Of a stretch of DNA of 64,000 nucleotides, positions 43,753 to 52,624 are shown piece after piece. Under the pieces are notes generated by a model. It did not search any database, had not been told where the DNA came from, and was given only the letters and a program-made list of their open reading frames with translations. The DNA is from Squalus acanthias (taxonomy: Eukaryota), in contig JASTWF010000367.1 of the NCBI GenBank assembly GCA_030390025.1, positions 124,001 to 188,000 of the forward strand, written 5' to 3'. The position numbers were made by a program, and so were the translations under genes. How positions within the stretch are numbered: position 1 is the stretch's first letter; the number at the start of each line of letters is the position of its first letter.

Positions 43753-45579
43753 ATAGAGAGGGTGAGAGAACGCGCTCATCGCTTCACCGAGCGGGTCTTG
43801 GATGCTCTGGTTGACGCAGTGGAGCGCAGACGATGGATGCTGTTCCCTGAGAGTGGCAGGAGGCCTTTGCCACGCGAGTTCAGAAGAGTGTGGAGGGAGG
43901 TGGCTCAGAGCGTCTCCTCCAGGAGCATGGTGCCCAGGACCCATACTCAATGCCGCAAAAAGTTCAACGACCTCACTCGGGTCGTCAGGGTGAGTGGCTT
44001 TTTCTCAATACCTCTCCATCCCCCCATCTCAACCTCACTCTATGGCCAGAGGGTCTTAAAACCCCAATGCACAACACTCATCCAACACCTATGGCCCTTT
44101 CATCAAACACACACACACATTCCACACTTTGCATACAGTAAGGGCTATTCACCTATGGGAGGCACATCAGGCAAGACCATGGCTGCATACAGTAAGGGCT
44201 ATTCACCTATGGGAGGCACATCAGGCAAGACCATGGCTGTATATTTACTCAGATGCTGTCCTTTTTCTTGCAGGCTAAGCTGGCTCATAATAGGAGACAG
44301 CAGCAACGGACAGGTGGAGGGCGGCTTCAGCTGCAACCCCTCAGCGATCTGGAGGAGCGCGTCCACAGGATTGTGGCAAGCCGGGTGATCGGTCCCGTCG
44401 CCACTGGAGACGCCGACCCCGTTGTGGACAGCAATGTTAAGGTCATCACATTTTTGTCCTCTGTCCTTCCACTTGTCCCTCACAACACCAGCCTTTGACA
44501 CTTTCAATCCAACTTGCTAACTCGCTGCACTTATTCCTCCCTTACTGCCACCCTGTCCTCACGCTAAAGCCACTCTTGTACCTCCCTGCTTTCAGATGGT
44601 GATTCACCAGCTGAGGAGACGAGCCCTGAAGCTGCCACTGGGAGTGATGCTGCAGCTGAGGAGGAAGAGGAAGCCAGAGCATCAGTGCCACCCTCTCCCG
44701 AGGAATCCCATGCCCACACTGGGAACACGCCTTCCCCGGAGGGGAGCAGGGGGGTAGGGGCTGATGATGGTGAAGCTCCAGGACCCAGCGGGCTGCAGCA
44801 ACGCCATGGCGGGGGGGGGTAGGGAAGAACAGGGGCCTTCTCCCCAGAGGGACAGTATGCCAGACACTCCTACTGCAATGGACGCAGAGGAGGAGCCGCT
44901 GATTGGAGAAATGAACACCCAGGCGGTGGGCATGCACACTGAGCTCATGGGTGCAGTGGGAAGGGTGGCCGAATGCATTGAGTCACTGGCAAGGAGTGTG
45001 GAGCACTTCGCTGTAGCACAGGCGGATGCCACACTAACGCTTAGTGCTGCAATTCAGTCACTGGCTGCCGTGATCCCACCTCTGACTGCTCTCATACAGA
45101 CTCAGATGGAGGCCACGCGAGCACAGACTGCTGCCAACCTCGATGGTTCGTGCACATGTCCCCGGGGCTGTCACCGCGCCGCAGCAGGCCAGCAATCTGT
45201 TCTCCGGCAGATTGCTCCGGATGCTGAAGTGCTGCCCCGTGGTAGTGCCAGTGTGTCGGGCGAGCAGGGAGTTGCTGGCCTCTCTCACGATGACAGCATT
45301 CCTGCTGCCAACACTGTCACTTCTCCACTGCACTTGCCACCGCCTGTAGGACAGACCGCTGCCGCCCATGCAGAGTTGGTGCAGTCTGCAGCCGGGCCCT
45401 CCAGGCCCAGAAGTGGTCGAGGCCGTCCTTCAGGGGCATCTGCAGTGTCAGGGTCTGACGAGCAGCAGCCTTCCACCAGCCTTGCTGCAGCCACTGAGGT
45501 CCCATTCCGGAGGAGCAATAAGGTTAGAAGGGGGGAAGTGCGGAAGGGAAGGAGATCACCCTCGAAGGGCAAAAAGTAG
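43753..45579 (+). pseudogene. Harbinger Myb/SANT-like DNA-binding protein gene, three exons (about 43753-43989, 44274-44436, 44596-45579), disrupted
   Basis: Exon 1 encodes RERAHRFTERVLDALVDAV...WREVAQSVS...RTHTQCRKKFNDL (Myb/SANT trihelix). There is a GTGAGT donor at 43990 and a pyrimidine-tract CAG acceptor ending 44273. Exon 2 encodes AKLAHNRRQQQRTGGG; a TTTCAG acceptor ends at 44595. The expected start reads ATA (43753), the second donor is non-canonical, and the frame shifts at the G9 run 44811-44819. Confidence 0.82.
44131..44238. repeat. Perfect 54-bp tandem duplication in Myb gene intron 1
   Basis: GCATACAGTAAGGGCTATTCACCTATGGGAGGCACATCAGGCAAGACCATGGCT occurs at 44131-44184 and 44185-44238. 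Confidence 0.95.
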
Positions 45580-45873
45580 GAGGTGTGACAAAATGCTGGT
45601 CATTTTTTTATTAAAGGCCGAGGTTCATGGTCCAACTTTTGTTTAGTGTTTTGGACATTATCTCCAGGTTGTGAGAACCAGTTATGTTATTGACTGTTTT
45701 TTTGTGTTTATTTCTATGAGTTTGTCATGAGGAATTGACACACACAGTGTTTGTAAAATAAATACGTTTCTGTATTCAAAATATACATGGCTGGTGGTTG
45801 GAATTATTGGTGCCTTGGCCGGCTTAGGGGTTGCCTGCTGGGTTGATTAGTGTTTGTAGCAATGGCAGGGGCC

Positions 45874-47034
45874 CTAGAAGCGGCTTGCTATTAGTCGTTG
45901 ACGGACGGCCCTTGCAGTTTGACCATTGTGGGCCGCCCTCCTGCCTTGGTGCTGCTGATGATCATCGTCCTCGTCCTCTTCCTCCTCTTCCTCCTCCTCC
46001 TCTGGTGGTGCTACAAGGCCTGGTGGCATTGGCTGTGTCCTGAGGATTGCCATGTTGTGCAACATGCAGCACACGACTACGAAGTTCGAAACTTGCTCAG
46101 GCGAGTGCTGCAGGGCTCCTCCGGAATGGTCCAGACAGCGGAACCGTTGTTTCAGCACGCCGATTGTGCGCTCAATAATGTTCCTGGTTGCTTGATGGCT
46201 TTCATTATACCGCAGCTCAGCAGGGGTGTTTGGCGTACGGAGCGGTGTCATCAGCCAGGTGCTCAATGCGTACCCCTTGTTCCCCAGAAGCCAACCAACT
46301 GGCTGATGCGGTGCCTCGAAAACTTCTGCCACAGTAGTCTGGCGCAGGATGAAAGCATCGTGGCAGCTGCCCGGATAGTGGGCATTGACAGCGAGTATCA
46401 CCTGTCTGTGGTCACAGACCAACTGCACATTCAAGGAATGGAACCCCTTTCTGTTCCTGAATTACTCTGCATTCTCTCGCGGAGCACGCAAAGCCACATG
46501 CGTGCAGTCAATGGCGCCCTGCACCATGGGGAAGCCCGCTACCCTCGCAAAGCCCAGAGCACGGTCACGCTGCTTGTCTGGGGTCATAGGGAAAGAGATG
46601 AAGTCTCGTCTCCTTCTGAAGAGGGCATTGGTGACCTGCCGGATGCAGCGATGCACCGCAAACTGGGAGATATTGGCGAGGTCCCCAACAGCAGCTTGGA
46701 ATGAGCCATTGGCGTAGAAGTTCAAAGCCACTGTGACCTTCACTGCCACCGACAGAGACGTCCTGGACCTCAGCTGAGGCTGCAGATCTGGCTGCAGCAG
46801 GTGGCAGAGCTCAGTGACCACCTCCTTGCTGAATCGCAGCCTTCGCAAACACAGCTCCTCGGACATATGGATGTAGGAGAGCTGTTCACGATATACCCTG
46901 GGAGGGTAAGCTCTCCTGTACATGCGCCTGATGGCCCTCCTCCGTCTGGCCATCATTGCCACTCTCTGTCTGCGTCTCGGTATCCTCCGATTCAGCTGCA
47001 GCAGGACGACGCCCCCAATCATTGCAGCCCCCAT
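45874..47034 (-). pseudogene. Harbinger (HARBI1-like) DDE transposase, about 386 codons, with an in-frame stop and a catalytic D-to-N change
   Basis: ORFs 46462-47325 and 45874-46434 are in the same frame: GAIDCTHV...[21 protein letters not shown]...[11 protein letters not shown]...LLGNKGY...[18 protein letters not shown]...CCMLHN plus an acidic tail. TAA lies at 46462-46464. The likely ATG is at 47034. Confidence 0.93.
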
Positions 47035-47137
47035 ATTCTCTTTGCCAGAAAAGTAATGAGGTACAGCAACTAAAGTAGCAACAAAGTTAGGATGAATAGG
47101 CAAAACTACCTCACAAAGCGTTGAGTCAATGAAGAAG

Positions 47138-47179
47138 TCTCTCTCTCTCTCTCTCTCTCCGAATCTCTCTCTCTCTCTC
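47138..47179. repeat. Interrupted (CT)n microsatellite upstream of the transposase ATG
   Basis: Two TC runs separated by CGAA. Confidence 0.9.
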
Positions 47180-49169
47180 AGAACGAGTGGTGCATAAATG
47201 TCGACCACAGAAAAAGACAGGAAGAGGCCCCCTTTAAATAGCGCCCACCCCAGCCCCACATCGATTGATAGCGTTCCAGTCTTCCGGTCGTTGGAAGCGG
47301 CAGGCGGTAAGGCAGGGGGCGCCACTCAATTTCCGCTCCGGGCCGCCCCAAGGGCGTTGCACGATGGAATGACGTCATAATCTGCGCGCACAGGTGGTCG
47401 CAGCGGTAAGTTTTAGCGCCGCCGCACAATCTCAAGTTAAGTTCTCGAGCGGCGCAAACATCGCTGCGCCCGGGCGTTAGCGGCTTAACGCCCCATTAGC
47501 GCCCTCTTAAGGCGCTAACGTGAGGCGCAACCAAGTGAATTTTTACCACCTTGTCTATTCCCAACTGTCTGCTCTCTACCCATTACCGTTAATATCCCAT
47601 CTAGTCTATTCCCAACCACCTGCTCACTACCCATTACCGTTATTATCCCACCTAGTCTAATCCCAACCTCCTGCTCACTGCCCATTACCGTTAATATCCC
47701 ACCTAGTCTAATCCCAACTTCCCATCTACTGCCCATTACCGTTAATATCCCATCTAGTCTAATCCCAACCTCCTGCTCATTACCCATTACCGTTAATATC
47801 CCACCTAGTCTAATCCCAACCTACTGCTCACTACCCATTCCCGTTAAAATCACACCTAGTCTAATCCCAACCTCCTGCTCACTGCCCATTACCGTTAATA
47901 TCCCAGCGAGTCTAATCCCAACCTTTTGCTCACTACCCATTACCGTTAATATTCCACCTAGTCTAATTCCAAACTCCTGCTAACTACCCATTCCCGTTAA
48001 AATCACACCTAGTCCAAACCCAACCTCTTGCTCACTACCCATTACCGTTAATATTCCACCTAGTCTAATTCCAAACTCCTGCTAACTGCCCATTACCGTT
48101 AATATCCCACCTAGTCTAATCCCCACCTCCTGCTCACTGCCCATTACCGTTAATATCCCACCCAGTCTAATCTCAACCTTCTGCTCAGTACCCATTACCG
48201 TTAATATCCCACCCAGTCTAATCTCAACCACCTGCTCACTACCCATTACCGTTAATATCCCACCTAGTCTAATCCCCACCTCCTGCTCTCTGCCTATTAC
48301 CGTTAATATCCCACCAAGTCTAATCCCAACCTCCTGCTCACTACCCATTACCGCTAAAATCACGCCTAGTCTAATCCCAACCTCCTGCTCTCTACCCATT
48401 ACCGTTAATATCCCACCTCGTCTAATCCCAACCTCCTGCTCACTGCCCATTACTGTTAATATCCCAACTAGTCTAATCCAAACCTCCCACCCACTGCCCA
48501 ATACCGTTAATATCACACCTAGTCTAATTTCAGCCACCTGCTCACTACCCTTGACCGTTAATATCCCACCTAGTCTAATCCCAACCTCCTGTTCACTACC
48601 CATTACCGTTAATATCCCACCTAGTCTAATCCCAACCTCCTGCTCACTGCCCATTACTGTTAATATCACACTTAGTCTAATCCCAAACACCTGCTCACTG
48701 CCCATTACCGTTAATATCCCACCTAGTCTAATCCCAACCTCTTGCTCACTACCCATTACCGTTAATATCCCACCTCGTCTAATTCCAAACTCCTGCTCGC
48801 TGCCCATTACCGTTCATTTCCCACCTAGTCTAATCCCAACCACCTGCTCACTGCCCATTACTATTAATATCACAGCCAGTCTAATCCCAACCTCCTGCTC
48901 ACTATCCATTACTGTTAATATCACACCTAGTCTAATCCCAACCTCCTGCTCACTACCCATTACTATTAATAACCAACCTCAGCTATTCCCAACTTCCCAG
49001 TTTCTTGTTCACTCCTCAAACGCGTATCAGTTCAAGTTGTCAAAAATAATAGAATTGTCTTTTTATAATTAATCGAGTGCTTCTGCAACAGGTTGTGGGA
49101 GTAAATTATGCATTCTTACCACAATGTACCTAAATAAATGCATCTAACCTTTCCCGTAATACTTCAAAT

Positions 49170-49871
49170 TAGACTAAATTTGTTCCTCTGAACAAACAGT
49201 GGAAAGAATCTGCGTTCGGATGTGTACCTCCGACCCGCAGATTAATTCGAAAGTGCCCGCTGGGGTCCAGGCTGTGAAGAGTTCCAGTCTTGGGCCTCCC
49301 GGCAGACGGCAGCGTAAAGGCCCACAGATCCCAGGGACACAGGTGGTTCGGAAACATTCCTGGGATCACGTACCCCCGGTCCTGCAATGACAAAGGAGGA
49401 TTCCACTGCAATCATTTGTGAAGGGAATCCCCTTGTGATATGCAATGGAATCCCCAAATAATTATAAATGTACAGAATAATAGTAAATGTACTGAAATGC
49501 AATTTTATTCTTCAGTTCCTTCATTGCATCAACCTCAATAAAAATTTATTTTTTTGATATTATTTTTAAACATCCTAATCCGGGCCAATATTTGCATAAA
49601 CTCATTTGATGTGTGTGTGCATAATTTGGGATTTTTAAATGTTTTATTTAAGCCTTATATATACCATTATGCTGATGTTTTTGCTTGCCATAAGAGTTGC
49701 CTGGGCAATTGCTAGCCAGTTGTTGGGCAAATAGCCCAACTCTGCTCCAGCAATGCTCATTTTGCAGGCGGTTCAGATGATCTGTCAAGGCGTAACTTGA
49801 CGGGTCGCAAGTTCCGTCTCCAAAAGTTGCGAGGTCTTTCAAATGGATTACGGAGACTGTAAATTCAGGGC
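49170..49871. mobile_element. Degraded non-autonomous DNA-transposon (MITE-like) remnant; boundaries approximate
   Basis: It shares ordered motifs CCTGGGATCAYGT...GGATTCC...ATCATTT...GGAATCCCC...GGAATCCCC followed by an AT-rich tract with about 54860-55170. It ends in TIR-like GACTGTAAATTCAGGGC. Confidence 0.4.
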
Positions 49872-49978
49872 TATTTATTTCATCATGTCAGTTCAGAATC
49901 TTGAAGACTTCCATCAAAGCACTTAATCTTCTGAAGTCTCGCGGCATGAGCCCATATTATCAAATGCTCTTCATAACA

Positions 49979-50350
49979 CACGGCACACCGTGGCTGCAGT
50001 GAGTACCATCTACAAGATGCACTGCAGCAAGTCGCCAAGGCTTCTTCGGCAGCACCTCCCAAACCCGCGACCTCTACCACTTAGAAGGACAAGGGCAGCA
50101 GGCGCATGGGAACACCACCACCTCCAAGCTCCACTCTAAGTCACACACCATCCTGACTTGGAAATATATCGCTGTTCTTTAATCGTCGCTGGGTCAAAAT
50201 CCTGGAACTCCCTCCCTAACAGCACTGTGGGAGTGCCATCACCACACGGACTGCAGCGGTTCACCACCACCTTCTCGAGGGCAACGAGGGATTGACAATA
50301 AATGCTTGCTTTGCCAGCGACGTCCACATCCCATGAACGAATTAAAAAAA
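49979..50350 (+). mobile_element. 5'-truncated LINE 3' end (CR1/L2-group), with A tail and possible 6-bp target duplication
   Basis: It is the reverse-complement homologue of about 55214-55590, which continues into RT C-terminal coding sequence. It ends CACATCCCATGAACGAATTAAAAAAA. ATAACA occurs at 49973-49978 and 50351-50356. Confidence 0.8.
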
Positions 50351-50724
50351 ATAACAATAATTCCTCATCTCTAATAACATCCCAGTGAATCCGCAAGATG
50401 TTTCCAATTTTTTTAAATTTCCTTCCTATAAATGGAGTGTCCAGAATGGAGTGTACACTACTGAGTAAATTATCTACTCCTGTGCTCTGGGTCTGAAGCG
50501 TCACTCCCCAGAGGAACATCAGGACATTGAGCTCATTCAATCTGCAAATTTTGTCAATTAAATATAGTGGATGAATTTCTGCTCCACTCTGGTTACAGAG
50601 AGAATGACTGACAGATGAAATATTAGTAGTTGCATATTTTTGTTTTCTTTCACGTTTTAGATTCAGTATTTTTATTAGATCGTGCCTTTTCCTGAGTTTG
50701 AACTTACATCCAAATAAACATTGT

Positions 50725-51343
50725 GGAAACTGAAGCCATCGTATTCTACCACTCCCACAAACTCCGCCTCCTCACCACTTCATTTCATCCTCCTACCAGA
50801 ACACTGAGGCTGAAGCAGACTGTCCAAAATCTCTTCAGCCAACCTCGATCGGAATTCCCCACCCCATATACTTTCCATTTCAAAGTTCACCAACTTCTAT
50901 CTCTGTAATATTGCCCATCTTCAGCCCTACCTCATTCCATCTACTGATGAACCCTCATCCATGCCTTTGTCAACTCCAGACTCGACTATTCCAATGCTCC
51001 CCTGGCAGGCCTCCCACCCTGCCCCTCCATAAACTTCAGCTACTCCAAACTCTGCTGCCTGTGCCCTGTTGTTCTGACTTTGGCCTCTTGTGCACCCCTT
51101 CCTTTACAACACCACTGGTGGACAAACGTTCAGTTGTCTAAGGCTCCACACTCTGGAATTCACTCTCTGAACCCCTCAGCCTCGCCACCTCACTCTCCTC
51201 CTTACAATTTACTGTACCTCCAGTTTTTGGTCACCTCTAATACTATATCCTGCTTTGTCTCGGGTCCATTGTCTGATTCTGCCTCTGTGAAGGGCCTTGG
51301 GACGTTCTTCTACATTAAAGCCGTTATATAAATGTAAGTTGTT
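50725..51343 (+). mobile_element. Old L2-like LINE 3' fragment
   Basis: A degenerate ORF2 C-terminus (LIHAFVNSRLDYSNA...LHKLQLLQ, about 50950-51050) is followed by an L2-type tail CTGTGAAGGGCCTTGGGACGTT...TATATAAATGTAAGTTGTT. Confidence 0.7.
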
Positions 51344-52004
51344 AAAGATTACATGCTGCACGTGTGCCTCGGTTACTGCAGTTTCATACCAACAGCGGGT
51401 GTGTAAAATAATGGTTGTTGAACATGTCTATCACTAAGGTACATGTGATTGGATTTTTCATTTTTTTTGGTCGATTTATGTGACCGATAAATCAACAGTG
51501 GTGGTTTCGATTAGTCGATGTAATATCTCAGGTAGTTTCCTAGCAGCTTCCCTCACTTCAGATTCGTCCCTTCCATGCCACTCGAGTTTTGATTCGCTGC
51601 TGTTTTAATTCACAGTGATTAACAAAGTGTGACAGCAGGAAGTAAGTGTGAGAAACGAGTGCATCATATTGTAAAGCAGTAGTCTGATGTCATGTTGGAC
51701 ACTGAAGCACAGAGAAAACTAATCCCATTCAAACTATAGCAGATTCTCAGTGATTGCTCACTCTCCTAGAACGATATTTCTGATTCTATTTTCCTTTTAT
51801 CTCACTTATTTCCTGTTAATGGCTGAATCAAGATGTTTACTGAATATTCAGACCATGTACAGAATGGATCAATTCCTGGCCCAGCGATTGCTTTCCGTGC
51901 TCAAAACGACTGGGAGATCCCATCACTGAACAGATCCTTTCCTTCTCATTCTCAGTTTTGTCTTTCAATCCGCTCTTCAATACATTCATTATTATTATTT
52001 ACAG

Positions 52005-52176
52005 AAAGTCACTGAGCTCGCGGAGAAGGGAAACCGGGCGGACAGTTCCAAACTTCTCCTAAATCTGGTGATGGAGAAAGGCTCTCGGGCCCGAAGGGTG
52101 ATGTGGGAATCCTTTGTGAAAATGCGCCACAGGTTACCAAAGTTGGATAAAATAATGAAAGAAATACAGGAATGTG
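52005..52176 (+). CDS. NLR N-terminal exon, probable partial death-fold (CARD-like) domain
   Basis: TTTACAG acceptor, open frame KVTELAEKGNRADSSKLLLNLVMEKGSRARRVMWESFVKMRHRLPKLDKIMKEIQEC, GTACGG donor. The domain assignment is inference. Confidence 0.75.
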
Positions 52177-52281
52177 GTACGGTTAAATAACACACTGAAT
52201 TCAATGTCAGTTTCAAACACTGTAGATTTTACTATAATATTACACAGATCTGATTTCATGAAAATGAATTGATTTAAACAG

Positions 52282-52347
52282 GTTCTGATCCGTTTGATTA
52301 CATGAACATCGCACGAGGTTTATCCGAAGTACCCAGTCAGCTGGAAG
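52282..52347 (+). CDS. NLR 66-bp linker exon (phase 1-1)
   Basis: AAACAG acceptor, GSDPFDYMNIARGLSEVPSQLE, GTAAGT donor. It preserves the frame between the flanking exons. Confidence 0.75.
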
Positions 52348-52624
52348 GTAAGTGATGACATGGAGATTTCAAACCATTTATTACATTTCTGAAGAACAGA
52401 ATGTTTGACTGTAGCCGTTTGCTTAGAGGTTGTAAGAATCTGGGAATCAGAAGTTCAAAGGCTGGGGAAACAGGATTGAACGTCATGGATTTTTCCACAA
52501 TCCTCAACTATTGTGTGTTGATTCAAGTTACAAATCGGACGATGTCTGACATAATCCTGTAAATGTGCGGACATTTTATTATTACACGTAATCCAGCTGC
52601 TGCTCGCTAACACTTGTGAACTCT

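Larger units (their letters stand above)
43394..47549. mobile_element. PIF/Harbinger DNA transposon, full length (4156 bp), inactivated
   Basis: Imperfect terminal inverted repeats: GGGGTAGAAAT at 43394 versus the reverse complement of 47539-47549, GTGGTAAAAAT (9/11). The 3-bp target duplication is CTA (43391-43393) / CTT (47550-47552). The satellite resumes in register (compare the empty site ACACCTAGTCTATTCCCAACTGTC near 41348). It has the two-gene Myb plus DDE architecture. Confidence 0.93.
1..49013. repeat. 51-bp tandem satellite array (consensus CCCATTACCGTTAATATCCCACCTAGTCTAATCCCAACCTCCTGCTCACTR), roughly 870 monomers, with higher-order structure; interrupted at 36563-36671 and 43394-47549; probably continues left of the window
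   Basis: The monomer is read directly from the sequence. It translates as a 17-aa period on both strands (PITVNIPPSLIPTSCSL / MGSEQEVGIRLGGILTV) with scattered stops and frameshifts. It degenerates at about 48960-49013. Copy number is length divided by 51. Confidence 0.98.

Noticed and set aside
46462..46464. Programmed readthrough or selenocysteine at the in-frame stops (also 61343-61345)
   Set aside because: Both are TAA, not TGA, and each gene has additional damaging changes consistent with decay.
45898..46704. 268-aa + strand ORF with a hydrophobic, membrane-like stretch
   Set aside because: It is the antisense shadow of the transposase. The hydrophobic run mirrors the acidic GAG/GAC tail.
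45874..47325. Domesticated host gene HARBI1
   Set aside because: It lies within TIRs and a TSD with a Myb partner, and carries a stop codon. The ORF-track extension above 47034 runs through a microsatellite and is probably non-coding.
1..49013. CRISPR-like array
   Set aside because: The repeats are head-to-tail with no unique spacers, there are no cas genes, and the context is eukaryotic.
1..49013. Telomeric repeat array
   Set aside because: The G-rich strand contains TTGGGATTAG but no tandem TTAGGG, so the resemblance is superficial.
290..49072. Dozens of long ORFs on both strands resembling a mucin-like or repeat protein
   Set aside because: The 51-bp monomer is a multiple of 3 and stop-free in one frame per strand. 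Stops and frameshifts are scattered, there is no unique domain or splice structure, and transposon insertions are tolerated.
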